Shown here in pieces: positions 50,166 through 63,705 of a stretch of 64,000 nucleotides of DNA. This DNA is from Octopus sinensis (lineage: Eukaryota): contig NC_043020.1 of the NCBI RefSeq assembly GCF_006345805.1, positions 11,160,001-11,224,000 on the forward strand, written 5' to 3'. The position numbers and the translations under genes are program-made. The notes beneath the pieces were generated by a model. That model was given only the letters and a program-made list of their open reading frames with translations, did no database searches and was not told the DNA's origin. Position 1 is the stretch's first letter. Every line of letters starts with the position of its first letter.

Positions 50166-50413
50166 ATAGAATGGTTGTATACTGTCAATCTAACGTGAAC
50201 GTGACAGTAGGTGATTACACCACTGCTGTTTAGCCCTAGGAAGCATCGACGCTTCCTGCTGGCTTCGACACATTTTTTTCCTCCCCTTCGTAAATGTATA
50301 TAAGGACACAGGAAAAATGTGTCAAAGCCAGCAGGAAGCGTAGACGCTTCCTAGGGCTAAACAGCGGTGGTGTAACCCCCTACTGTTAGATTGACAGTAT
50401 ACAACCATTCTAT
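50166..50413. repeat. Foldback palindrome, about 250 bp
   Basis: atagaatggttgtatactgtcaatctaac...gtttagccctaggaagc arms inverted around a short spacer. Confidence 0.9.
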
Positions 50414-50772
50414 TTACTCCCTGTCACACTAAAGAGATTATGTGAAAGTGGGAAGGCTGTCAAATAAAAAGAGAATGAGTGAGTGAGTGGCAATAGCAGA
50501 AGTAGAATAAAAGTGAAGGGAACGATGGTCTCACATTTGTTTGTAGTCTCAGACCATACAAGTACCTTTGAGAGAATTAATATTGGAGTGGATAAAGTAA
50601 GATGCGCTTATAATGGTTGGGCTAGAAATAGCTTTGACAGGAAATAAAGCTGTAGAGAAATTTATATACATAAATGTGTATATGTACGTATGCATCTATG
50701 TAAAAATATGTATATGCAAGTATGTGTGTGTGTGTGTTTAAATATTTCTGATTATATTTTAGATATTTCAAT

Positions 50773-50841
50773 CACCTGAAGATTGACTGTAACCATAACT
50801 CGAATTATTACGAATTGGACAGCCTTGAAACGATCGTAGTG
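50773..50841 (+). ncRNA. Minimal hammerhead motif with palindromic stem III
   Basis: cac-CTGAAGA...ctgt/acag stem...GAAACGATCGTA-gtg; base of stem II mismatched. Confidence 0.6.
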
Positions 50842-51254
50842 TTTTACTCATTATCGTTTATTAAACTTTTAATAATTTTGATATATATTTAAAATAATAT
50901 AAATTAATTAATTTTATGTATTGGCTTAAGTTTTTCATTGTTTGATTTGCCTAATAGTGGTTTTATCTCTAATTTAATATAATATACATATATATATATA
51001 TAGATAGATAGATTCAGATGAATATGGTACTTAAGTTGAGGCACTGGAATTTAGTATGGCATTATCCATACAATTTCAAAGTAAGGTGATTAAAATCAAA
51101 ATAAGCAACAAGGATATCCAGAGGTAATGCAGTAACTTCTATGCTGGAGTGAGACAACATGTTCTTTGTCTATCTCCTTAACTTCTTGGAGATCTTAGGT
51201 ATAATTATACTAAGGTGTCCATCTGTTCTAATTTAATTAAATTCTATGTCTTTG

Positions 51255-51341
51255 TGTAGCTGAAGATTGCTCTGCATTTTAAATTGATGTAATGATTGCA
51301 TTGTTCAATTAAATGGAGTTGCATGAAACGATCGTACTGCA
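51255..51341 (+). ncRNA. Minimal hammerhead motif with palindromic stem III and long stem II
   Basis: tgtag-CTGAAGA-ttgc...gcat-GAAACGATCGTA-ctgca; 5-bp stem I including one G-U. Confidence 0.7.
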
Positions 51342-51698
51342 TTACCTCTGGATATCCTTGTTGCTTATTTTGATTTTATATATGTGTGTGTGTGTGTGTG
51401 TAAGATATTAGCAACAAAGATAGTATTACAAGTGAATGACTATCTATATAAACTACATCCTGCTTAACACGGATGTATTATAGGAACACCATAATACTGC
51501 AGTATTAATCCCTGAGGAATGTCTATCATTGGTGGCAAAACTGTTGAACCACACACACACACACACACACACCTGCTCGCTTAGCCAGCGGGGTGGCGTC
51601 ATTTAAAGGCTAAAACAATGCGAAATACATTGTGACCAGCGATGTGTAGCAACATCTGATAGCCTGGTCGGTCACGGTGATCATATATATTTATATAT

Positions 51699-51730
<32 letters not shown>

Positions 51731-52034
51731 CATGTATATGTGAGCCTGTACGTGCTTATGGGAGCATGTATGTGAATTAGGTAAATCTGTGCATGTCGCT
51801 TGGTACGCTGAGTCTTAAAAGATATTTGTGTCATTGCCGGCATTATCAAATGTTATAAAAGTTTATATCATAAAGCATTGAAAGCTACAATATTTAACAA
51901 AAGATATAGTCAAGCATAATATCCATTAAAATGTGGCTGTTCTTATAAAGGGATGATCTAAAATAGACTGGTTAGTACAGCTGGGCCTTTGATGTATATA
52001 GCTACATTTTATAAAAAATCATGTGTATATATAT

Positions 52035-52090
<56 letters not shown>

Positions 52091-52108
52091 ACATATATAT
52101 ATATATAT

Positions 52109-52193
<85 letters not shown>

Positions 52194-52812
52194 CATGTTG
52201 AGTCAGTGTATATCTGTGTATAACTATGTCTGTGTGCGTAGATGCCGTACAGTACTCAACACAAGCACACTCACTCGATAATCTATCTTTTAAATGTTAT
52301 TAGTCTGGTTCAAATGTGACCCAATTCCTGCCTTGTTGTAGTTAGTCATTGTATCGCAATTAGCATATATTGTAGATGGGTAACCAGTGTTACGTTCTTA
52401 AAAGTACATTAGTACATATGTCTTGAGATAATGTACTCTCTGTCATACATGTGCAAACAGTGATACAACAAATAGTGTTGTTTTATAACATTAATGCTGA
52501 TAATAATTCCTCCTCCTCATACTACTACTACTACTAATAATAATAATAATAATAATAATAATGATAATTTTTTTTTTATCATTATGGCACAGTGCCAGCA
52601 GTTTTGATGGGAGGGGATTAGTCGATAACACCCCCCCCCCCCCCCAGTGCTTAACTGGTACTTATGTTATCGACCTCCAAAAGGATGAAATATGAAGCTG
52701 ACTTCGGTGGAATTTGAACTCAGAATGTCAAGGCAGATGAAATGCCACTAAGCATTTCACCCAGTGTGCTAACAGTTCTGCCACCTTTGCTGCCTTACTA
52801 CTACCACTACTG

Positions 52813-52884
<72 letters not shown>

Positions 52885-54033
52885 ATACTAATAATAATAA
52901 TAATAAAAAAAAAAATTTCCATATGCATGAGGTCTATTTCATTATGTTGACTCCAATATTCCGATGGTACTTTGTTTTATCAATTCTAAAAAAAATAAAA
53001 GAATGAGTTGACATCAATTTTCATTCTTAACATACTTTATTATTAAGGCAGCGAGCTGGCAGAATCATTAGCACACTGGGCGAAATGCTTAATGGTATTT
53101 CACCCATGGCTACATTCTGAGTTCAAATTCCTCCGAGGTCGACTTTGCCTTTCACCCTTTCGGGGCTGATAAATTAAGTACCAGTGAAACACTGGGTTCA
53201 GTCTAATCAACTAGTCCACTCCTCCCACAAATTGCAGGCCTTGTGCCTTTAGCAGAAAGGACTATTATTATTATTCTGAGTTCTGAGTTCAAATCTCACG
53301 AAGGGTGACTTCCCTTGGTCGGGGATTATTGGGAGTGATAAAATAAACACATCATTGAAATGCTGGGGGGTCAATATAATCAACTGGCCCCTTCTCCTTC
53401 CAAATTTATGTGCTTGTGCCTATATTAGAAACATTGCATCATCATTAATGGTTTCTATGTATTATAGTTATGTATTCTTATTAAAGCTGCAAAAGTCTTC
53501 ACAAACTGTTATTTAGCGTTTCACATTACTATTCCTCAGACAGTTGCAATCTATATGTTTCACATCTGTCCGACAAATGGTAATGTGAAACCTTGAGTAA
53601 CAGTTTGCAGCTTCCATGAAAGCATATTACTCTACCTTCAGTATTCGAGTACTATTTTCTTTCCACCTCGTTTTGCATTTCTGTACTTACTTGTGTGTTA
53701 TACTTATCATCATCATCATCGTTTAACGTCCGCTTTCCATGCTAGCATGGGTTGGATGGTTCGACTGGGGTCTGGGAAGCCAGGAGGCTGCACCAGGCCC
53801 AGTTTGATCTGGCAGAAAAACTGCCAGATCTGGCAGAAACACTGCCAGATCGGACTGGGCCTGGCTAAGACAATAATGTTAATTAATGTTAATTAAAGAT
53901 TAATCATGATGATGATGATGATGATAATTATAGAAATAAACATGATACTAATAATAGGTTCTTTTATTATCCACGGGATCAAAAACAGAAAAAAAAAATA
54001 ACCAAAAATATTTACTGCCTAAAATAATTTTAA

Positions 54034-54253
54034 CCCTTTCGTTACTGTATTTATTTTGAGATGCTCTGTGTTTCTTTCAATTACTTTAAATATAACAAAG
54101 AATTTAGTAAAATAACTTAGTTATCATTCAGCTAGTGTTAGGAACATAAATTGTGACTAAGGTTTGGTGGAAGATATTAATTCAAAACTTATGAAAACAA
54201 GACATTTGTACTCAGAACCAGAGCCGGTTTCAGCCGGGTTGGTAATGAAAGGG
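54034..54253. mobile_element. piggyBac-type MITE family 2 (truncated copy at about 33610-33825)
   Basis: ttaa-CCCTTTC...GAAAGGG-ttaa. Confidence 0.8.
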
Positions 54254-54462
54254 TTAACAAAACATCCCTTGGTTGAATTTTGCTTTCCACAATTCTTCAC
54301 CAAAGGAACGGTTCTCTAAAAACACGAAATAATTATTTACAATAGTAAAGTACCATGCTATACTGTCATTCCTTAGTATCTTCCAGTTCTAAATTTGGCT
54401 TATTTCTGTCCTACATATATCTTCCTCATGTCTCTCTTCCACCATCTATATATCTGTTTATC

Positions 54463-54637
54463 TATTCCCTAATTCTGTATCGTAGAATTCTCTCTTTATT
54501 CTCCTCACTATATTTTCATCTATTCCCTAATTCTGTATCGTAGAATTCTCTCTATATTCTCCTCACTATATTTTTATCTATTCCCTAATTCTGTATCGTA
54601 GAATTCTCTCTATATTCTCCTCACTATATTTTTATCT
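54463..54637. repeat. 58-bp minisatellite x3
   Basis: tattccctaattctg at 54463, 54521, 54579. Confidence 0.9.
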
Positions 54638-54878
54638 TTATCGCCATAGTTTCTCTTCCCCTCCTTGTACTTTTATTTGTATTTCTCAGTTATTTCTGTC
54701 TAGAATTCCTCCTATGTCTCTGCCTATATTTCCAATTATTCTTTAGCATATTTCTCTACCCTACACACACCAATTTCTTCTGATATTAACCAATACCAAT
54801 GTCTTACTCTATAATTAATCTTATATTTTAGTCCATGTTCCTTTCCTCTATCTTCCTACATTTTATCCCATCACCTTT

Positions 54879-54991
54879 ATCTATCTATCTATCTACCTAT
54901 ATGTATGATATATATATATATGCATATATATATATATATATATTATACATATATATATATATATGCATATATATATATGCATATATAATAC

Positions 54992-55050
<59 letters not shown>

Positions 55051-55072
55051 CATATATTACAATACATATATA

Positions 55073-55107
<35 letters not shown>

Positions 55108-55127
55108 ATATATATATATGCATATAT

Positions 55128-55175
<48 letters not shown>

Positions 55176-55211
55176 ATACATATATATATATATACATATA
55201 TTATATATATA

Positions 55212-55244
<33 letters not shown>

Positions 55245-55320
55245 CATATTATATATATACATATATATATATATAATATACATATACAGTATATATATAT
55301 ATACTATATATATCATATAC

Positions 55321-55353
<33 letters not shown>

Positions 55354-55588
55354 CCATATATATATATATATATCATATACATATATATATATATATATAT
55401 ATAATAATATATATATACACATATATATATATACAATATATATATATATACACATATATATATATATTATACACATATATATATATATATACACATATAT
55501 ATATAGATACCACATATATATATATATATATACAATATATATATATATAATACAAATATATATATATACACATATATTATATACATCA

Positions 55589-55619
<31 letters not shown>

Positions 55620-55670
55620 ACAATATATATATATAATACAATATATATATATATACACATATATATATAT

Positions 55671-55715
<45 letters not shown>

Positions 55716-55922
55716 ATATATTATACAAATATATATATTATATATATATTATATAACATATATATATATACATATATATATATACACATATATAATATAT
55801 AACATATATATATATATACACATAATATACTACATATATATATATATACATATATATTATATATATATACACATATATATATATATACACATATATATAA
55901 CACATATATAATATATATACAC

Positions 55923-55969
<47 letters not shown>

Positions 55970-56001
55970 ATATATATATACACATATATATATATATACA
56001 C

Positions 56002-56074
<73 letters not shown>

Positions 56075-56119
56075 CAATATATATATATATATACAATTAT
56101 ATATATATATAACAATATA

Positions 56120-56151
<32 letters not shown>

Positions 56152-56235
56152 CAATATATATATATAATATATATATATATACACATATATATATATATAT
56201 ATATACACATACACACACACATATATATCTATATA

Positions 56236-56277
<42 letters not shown>

Positions 56278-56304
56278 CACATACACACACACATATATAT
56301 ATAT

Positions 56305-56336
<32 letters not shown>

Positions 56337-56361
56337 ATATATATTACACATACACACACAC

Positions 56362-56415
<54 letters not shown>

Positions 56416-56486
56416 CATACCACACAAACATATAATATATATATATATATATATATAACATTATATATATATATATATATACACAT

Positions 56487-56575
<89 letters not shown>

Positions 56576-56599
56576 CACACACAATATATATATATATAT

Positions 56600-56631
<32 letters not shown>

Positions 56632-56636
56632 CACAT

Positions 56637-56669
<33 letters not shown>

Positions 56670-56704
56670 CACATACACACACATATATATATATATATAC
56701 ACAT

Positions 56705-56794
<90 letters not shown>
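54879..56794. repeat. About 1.9-kb interrupted (TA)n/(CA)n microsatellite
   Basis: Direct inspection. Confidence 0.98.
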
Positions 56795-57061
56795 CTCTAT
56801 TTTGTCTGCAATAAACATTCCAGTGTGTATATAGTTGATTATAGAATAAATGTCATTTGAACTGCATTTGTTGTCTTGCATTTATCTTTTTTTGTTTACT
56901 TATTTCAGTCATTGAACTGTGGCCATGCTGGGGCAACCACATGATTCTGGGTTCAGTCCCACTGCATGGCACCTTGGGAAAGTGTCTTCTACTATAGCAG
57001 CAGGCTGACCAAAACCTTGTCAGTGGGTTTGGTGGATGGAAACTGAAAGAAGCCTGTGTGT

Positions 57062-59690
57062 GTTTAGCTGGGTCATTTGGGGTTAGTTGGTATAGAATCT
57101 GGGTCTTCTTAGAATTGACGGTAAGACCAAGGGTCCCCTATGCTTGGTTGAAGGTGTTCAGGATCTGCTGAAGGTCTCCTTCAAAAAGAGCTGCAATGTA
57201 GTTGTCGTCTGCATATTAGAACTTGATCAAGGAGGTAGAGGACGTCTTAGTTTTAGACTTGAGACAAGCAAGGTCGAACAGTTTCCTTTGGGTTGGATAG
57301 ACGATCTCAATACCTGCTGGAAGATCTTACTAAATGATGTGCAGGAAATTAGCAATCATCATCATCATCATCATCATCGTTTAACATCCGTTTTCCGCGC
57401 TAGCACGGGTTGGATGGTTCGACTGGGATCTGGGGAGCCAGAGGCTGCTCTAGGCTCCAGTCTGATCTGGCAGTGTTTCTACAGCTGGATGCCCTTCCTA
57501 ACGCCAACCACTCCAAGAGTGTAGTGGGTGCTTTTTATGTGCCACCTGCACAGGTGCTAGAGGGGTCTGGCATCAGCCACGATCGGTTAGTGCTTTTTAT
57601 GTGCCACCAGCACAGAAGCCAGTCGAGGCGGTGCTGGCATGAAGATGACAAACAGTGTTGGGATGATTACCCATCTTTGTTTTACTCCCGTTTTTACTTG
57701 GGAAGGGTCAGATAGATATTCCTTGGTTGAGCAGGACAGTTGCAATCATGCGATCATGGAGGAGTCTTAGAATGCAGATGTACTTCAGAAGGCATCCATA
57801 CATCATCATCATCATCATCATCATCGTTTAACGTCCGCTTTTCATGCTAGCATGGGTTGGACGGTTCAACTGGGGTCTGGGGAGCCCAAAGGCTGCACCA
57901 GGCCAGTCAGATCTGGCAGTGTTTCTACAGCTGGATGCCCTTCCTAACGCCAACCACTCCGTGAGTGTAGTGGGTGCTTTTTACGTGCCACCGACACAGG
58001 TGCCAGACGAGGCTGGCGAACAGCCACGTTCGGATGGTGCTTTTTACATGCCACCGGCACGGAGGCCAGTCGATGCGACGCTGGCTACGGCCATGTTCGG
58101 ATGGTTCTCTTACGTGCCACCGGCACTGGTATCACAACTACAAATTCCATTGATGTTGATCGATTTTGATTTTGATTTTGATTTTCAGAGAGAATATCCC
58201 AGAGTTCTCTTGACATGGAATCGAACCCTTTGGTCAGATCAATGAAGGCCATGTACTGGGCTTGGTACTGTTCAAGGCACTTTTCTTGGAGTTGACCTAA
58301 GGTGAAGAACATATCAATGGTTCCTTGGGATGGTGAGCTGGCAGAATCGTTAGCACGCGGGCTAAATGCGTAGCCGTATTTCGTCTGCCGTTACGTTCTG
58401 AGTTCAAATCCCGCCGAGGTCGACTTTGCCTTTCATCCTTTCGGGGTCGATAAATTAAGTACCAGTTATGCATTGGGGTCGATATAATCGACTTAATCAG
58501 TTTGTCTGTCCTTGTTTGTCCTCTCTGCGTTTAGCCCCTTGTGGGTAGTAAAGAAATAGGTTCCTTGGGATGGTCTAAAACCTGTTTGAGTTTCCAGAAG
58601 AATTTTCTCAGCCAATGGCTTTAAGTGGTCGTTCATAATCTGAGCAAGTACCTTGCTAGCTGTTGCCAACAAGGAGATTCCCATGTAATTTCCACATTCA
58701 GATCGTTCTCTCTTCCGCTTGTAGATTAGTCACGGTGGCTGAATCTCTGAAGTTGGATGATATCTCTTCATTGGTCTAAATTTTGATGAGAAGCTGGTGC
58801 AGTGGGTAATGGAGTAAGCTGCCTCCGGTTCTGTAAATTTCAGCAGAGACCCCCATCAACCCAGCAGCCTTGTTCTTCAGGGTGATGAGGGCTTCTTTCA
58901 CTTCAGTAAGGGTGGGTAACTTGCTTAACCCTTTAGCATTCATATTATTCTGTCAAATGTAAAGCTTATATATTCACACCCTGTAAAATTAATCTTGCAT
59001 CATTTCATGGCTTTGAGATTTCAATGATGTGATTGTTTATTTTTAAAATGACACAATAAGGTAGCTATGAATGACCATATCTGACTAGTTTGAACATAAA
59101 ATAGGTAGAATATTTTGGCCAGATATGGCCAGTTTAAGTACTAAAGGGTTAAGGGATCTTCAGTGGGTTGTTTTGGGATGATATACAGGAGCTCACTGTC
59201 AAAAGTTGTTATCTGATTAAGCAACTCTTTGCAGTGCTCCCTCCCTCTCAAATTAACCTGGGCATTATTCTTGAAGATTGTTGAGCTGTCCTTGATTTTC
59301 AGTGGGGCTTGGCCACTGGTAGATGGTCTGAAGATTGCTTTGGTAGCATCAAAGAATCCTCTGGTGTCGCGTTGGTATCTGCAAGTTATGGAATTTCCTT
59401 CACCTTGTCCCTCCACCATTGGCTTTTCAGGTTGCGAGTGGTTTTCTGAACTTTCGCTTTGCATTCTTGATATCGCTTGCATCTTGCAGTGGATCTCGGA
59501 TCATTTTGGGTGGCGATGAAGGCTTTCCTTTTTACCTTGATAAGTTCTCATTCTCAACGAGCCAACCTTTATGTTTCATGGTCTTGAATATGATGGGTTT
59601 TTTTGCAGGTGTGCACAATGGCAGATTTCTGTTGGCTCCAGTGTTCTTCAATGGATAATGACGGTTTCACTTCCTGCGGTAATAGTTCTA
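57062..59690 (-). pseudogene. Decayed RTE-clade LINE, linker plus RT domains
   Basis: QWWRDKVKEI, GISLLATASKVLA, QTGFRPSQGT, YMAFIDLTKGFDS, TGVKQ and YADD (57204-57215); stops, frameshifts and SINE/MITE insertions. Confidence 0.9.
58929..59148. mobile_element. piggyBac-type MITE inside the RTE LINE
   Basis: TTAA duplication and TIRs; interrupts the RTE reading frame. Confidence 0.85.
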
Positions 59691-60080
59691 CTCCCAACTC
59701 AAAGACGGCAAGCGTACAAAAGGAGGCCAGAAGAAACGCTACAAGGACTCCCTGAAATCGAACCTCAAAAAGTGTGACATTGACTTCACCAACTGGGAGG
59801 AAACGGCAAAAAACAGACCACTCTGGAAAACCACCATCCATGAGGGAATGGCGAATTTCGAGTCGAAAAGGTCTGCAGAGCTGGAGGAGAAAAGACGACG
59901 ACGGAAGGAGCTCCAACAACAACCATATGCGACTCTCCCTTCCAGCACTAGATGTCCGTACTGTGACCGATCTTTTTGAGCAAGAATTGGTCTTATCAGT
60001 CACCTGTGGACTCACCAATAAATTTGCGCGAAGACCATCATCCTCGACCTTGAGGGATTGCCATAGTAGTAGTAGTAGTA
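59691..60080 (+). pseudogene. RTE LINE 3' end
   Basis: QLKDGKRTKGGQKKRYKDSLKSNLKKC...W...CPYCDRSF..RIGLISHLWTHQ*, then a (TAG)n tail. Confidence 0.9.
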
Positions 60081-60087
60081 TCATGTA

Positions 60088-61390
60088 CAGTGATACCTCG
60101 TTGTACGAGTTTAATTTGGTCCATGACTGAGCTTGTTTTACGATTTATTTGTTTTGCAAATCAATTTTCTCCGTTGAAATTAATTCAAATATAATTAATC
60201 TGTTCCAGCCCCACAAAACCACCCCAAAAATCATCTTTTATGGGTTTTAAAACAGAAAAGGTGCAGATACAAGGAAAATGACAATTATGAAAACATAATA
60301 AAAGAGAATGCAAAAGAAATATGTAAACTGGTTTTTTAACCCTTTAGTATTTAAACCAGCCATATCCGGCCAAAATAACTAATCTGTTTTATGTTCAAAC
60401 TGACCAGATCCAGGCTCTCGCACCTACCCTACAATGTTATTCTACATTAAGTAATTACACCATCAAGATCTTGAAGATATGAGATAATGTATGATTAATT
60501 CAAATCAATATGAATCAATAAGCATTATGTTTGATAGAATAATCTGAACACTAAAGGGTTAAAGAGGGGTCAATTTGTGTGTGAGGAAGACTATGGAGCG
60601 GGGAGGAAGAGAATTATTGTTTGGAAGGAGAATCTCTTTCCATTATGACTTCAGTAAAAACAATTTCTGTTGTTTTCTCACACACTTCGTTTGATTTAGG
60701 CATTTTTGACACACTTTGTTCACTTTTCCCACTTGCAGATCGTTTCATTTGAAACATATCAAGAGAAGTTTTCTTTTTCCTGTCTTTCAAAACGTTACGA
60801 AAATGTGCCAGAGCCGTGTCATTAAATAAAGCAGTTGTACGGCCTGTAAATGCTTTTTTAGGACGATATTTTTCTACAAATTCAAAAACATTCTGCCACT
60901 TTGCCAACACTCTTTATGTCACTCGTAGTGATAGCCTTCTCCGCTGCACCATCTTCCTCTGGGGTACCAATCTCTTCCACCACATCCAAATGCTGCTGTT
61001 CCCCAAACTTCAGGAGTTCATCTGTCGTCAACTTCTCTGAGTGTTCCTCGACGAGATCGTTAATGTCTCCATCGTCAACATCAAGGCGGATAGACTTGCT
61101 AAGAGACACTGTCTCCTCGACTACAGGTGTCTCACACTCAACCCCATCAAAGTCTCTTTCGGATACACAGTCAGGCTACAGTTACCTCTATGCAGAATTC
61201 AGCATTCTCCTTGTTACACCCTGCCAGGCCATATCGATGATTTTTCAAGCAGTTAATGTTATAGTGCTCCTTCCAAAGCTCACGAAATGTTAGATTTGTA
61301 TTTTTGGTGACTTCAAAGCACCAACGAAACATTGTTGGTCAATGGGCAGCAAGAGAGGGATGATGTGTGAAAGTTATAGAACTTTTATGA
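60088..61390 (-). mobile_element. Decayed Tigger/pogo-type transposon
   Basis: TA plus CAGTGATACCTCG terminus; SLSKSIRLDVDDGDINDLVEEHSEKLTTDEL and FVEKYRPKKAFTGRTTALFNDTALAHFRNVLK resemble the Tigger C-terminal region. Confidence 0.8.
60340..60558. mobile_element. piggyBac-type MITE inside the Tigger element
   Basis: TTAA duplication; near-identical to the 4526 units. Confidence 0.85.
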
Positions 61391-61394
61391 ATTA

Positions 61395-61978
61395 TAAATT
61401 CGTCCAGGATATCATCTTCGAAGATAGGAAGGTGAGTAGGAGCAATGTCGAGGATGATTAGGGCAACCAAAAGAATACCCTCCATCAGGCATTTGCCATA
61501 TCCTGAACGCCTTACTTCCCTGGGCATGGACACATTGAAACTCCGACATCTGGCAGCTGACTTCGCAGACACCCATAAAATTATCAACCATCTTACAAAC
61601 AATAACTCTGAGCACCTTTTCAAACTCCACCCGTCTAACACCCGTGGACATATTTACAAAATCAGAAAACAGCACAGCTCCCATGACTTTAGGAAACGTT
61701 TTTTCACGCTGAGAGTTGCTGAAGCATGGAACAAACTGCCGGCATCAGTTGTTAGTTGTCGGAGCACTGCATCCTTCAAAACTTCCATGCTTCCTGAGAT
61801 TCACCAACACTACACCTGATTTTCTCTCCCCTCCATACACACACAAGCATGTATCTGACTCATACATTGTTCGCTTTCCAGACATTTTTACATTACTGCA
61901 TGTACTTTATATGCACTTTCTGACAAGTTGTGGTGCACCTGAGCACTGTATACAATAATTTCATTATTATTATTATAA
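61395..61978 (+). pseudogene. CR1/L2-group LINE 3' fragment, same family as 18352-18895
   Basis: Near-identical sequence and ORF; ATT tail. Confidence 0.9.
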
Positions 61979-62039
61979 GGTCGATCCACTTGGTGAAGTT
62001 TTCTGTTGGTTGGCGATGAAGTGTATCAGGCTTTAATAT

Positions 62040-62322
62040 TTGCTCATCACATGACCAGCAGCTTTTCCTTCGGAATTTTGGGTGATTATGGTACATTTTA
62101 GAAAAATAAGTAAGGAGTCGATATCCTCCACCATCATCACTACAAGAAATGCAGACTGTTTTAGCTAAAGAACGGACAAAAATCCTTTGGAAACAATTCG
62201 AACTTTGTACAAGTCCATACCTTGTAGAATTCAAGCTGTAATTACTGCCAAAGGCCATCCTACCCCATATTAAAATAAATTTGTTTGAAATTTTTAGGTG
62301 TTTCTATTATTTATCCAACCAT
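62040..62322 (+). mobile_element. Tc1-family transposase 3' fragment
   Basis: WYILEK*VRSRYPPPSSLQEMQ...LETIRTLYKSIPCRIQAVITAKGHPTPY* (stop 62271-62273) after one frameshift. Confidence 0.8.
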
Positions 62323-62549
62323 TGTGTTACGAGTTTAATTCGTTCTGTGACGGAGCTCGTAACTCATATGTCAACTCTTATTAACTCATTGAAATGAATT
62401 AAAATATCATCAATCCGTTCCACTCCTCATGCCACATAAAAAAAAAAATTTTTTTGTGACGTGTTTTTAAATAAGAAAAAACATTGTACAACAAACATTG
62501 TACTAAAAAAAAACCCAACAAAATAGATTCTATTTTGTTGGGTTTAATA

Positions 62550-62882
62550 GAATCGCACGGCTCAGTGGTTAGAGCGTCGAGCTTACGATCGTGAGGTTGT
62601 GAGCTCGAATCCCGGACCGGGCTGCGTGTTGTGTTCTTGAGCAAAACACTTTATTTCACGTTGCTCCAGTTCACTCAGCTGTAGAAATGAGTTGCGACGT
62701 CACTGGTGCCAAGCTGTATCGGCCTTTGCTTTTCCCTTGGATAACACTGGTGGCGTGGAGAGGGGAGGCTGGTATGCATGGGCGACTGCTGGTCTTCCAT
62801 AAACAACCTTGCCCGGACTTGTGTCTAGGAGGGTAACTTTCTAGGTGCAATCCCATGGTCATTCATGACCGAAGGGGTCTTT
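62550..62882 (+). mobile_element. tRNA-derived SINE family D; also 5183-5475+ and about 38560-38720-
   Basis: tRNA-like head GGCTCAGTGGTTAGAGCG...GAGCTCGAATCCC and shared body. Confidence 0.8.
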
Positions 62883-63139
62883 AATAGAATGTACTGCAAT
62901 AAACTTGGTTATATTAAGCATAATGGACAGCATTTACATTGGAGATCAAACGACTTTAGAATGCTGACGGAGATAGAAGAGAAAGTCTGAACTGAATAAC
63001 TGAATCTTATTCGCCGATTTTTGCCCTTTTAGCCACTCTTACCTCACTTTCATCTGCAGGAGTTTTCAATAAAAACCTGTCCGATAAAGTCTGTTTCATT
63101 CTCACTTTAAAAGTGTTTCTGAAATGAGTTAGGCTCTCT

Positions 63140-63424
63140 CTCTATCCGCTCAGTCGAAGTCGACTCTCGGTCACTCGTTGGATCAGTGTCCTCCAGTCAG
63201 TTCTATCCTGGGCCGCTTCTTTCAGCCTGGCTATGTCCATTCCGGTATCACTCTTGATGGTGTCAAGCCAGTGGGTTCTTGGTCAGCCTCTTCCTCTCTT
63301 GCCACTGACCATTCCGAGCATGATGTCCTTCTCTAGGGATTTTCTCCGCATAATATGACCAAAATATGCCAATCTATGCTTGGTGATCCTAGCTTCTAGC
63401 GACATTTTCGGCCTGATCTGCTTA

Positions 63425-63471
<47 letters not shown>

Positions 63472-63705
63472 CTCAGTCGAAGTCGACTCTCGGTCACTCG
63501 TTGGATCAGTGTCCTCCAGTCAGTTCTATCCTGGGCCGCTTCTTTCAGATTGGCTATGTCCATTCCGGTATCATTCTTGATGGTGTCAAGCCAGCGGGTT
63601 CTTGGTCGGCCTCTTCCTCTCTTGCCACTGACCATTCCGAGCATGATGTCCTTCTCTAGGGATTTTCTCCACATAATATGACCGAAATATGCCAATCTAT
63701 GCCAT
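63140..63705 (-). pseudogene. Two tandem RTE (BovB-like) 3' fragments; short copy also at about 6008-6102
   Basis: YFGHIMWRKSLEKDIMLGMVSGKRGRGRPRTRWLDTIK...QDRTDWR. Confidence 0.85.

Noticed and set aside
54835-56881. Tyr/Ile-rich ORFs up to 386 aa
   Set aside because: Translations of the (TA)n tract.
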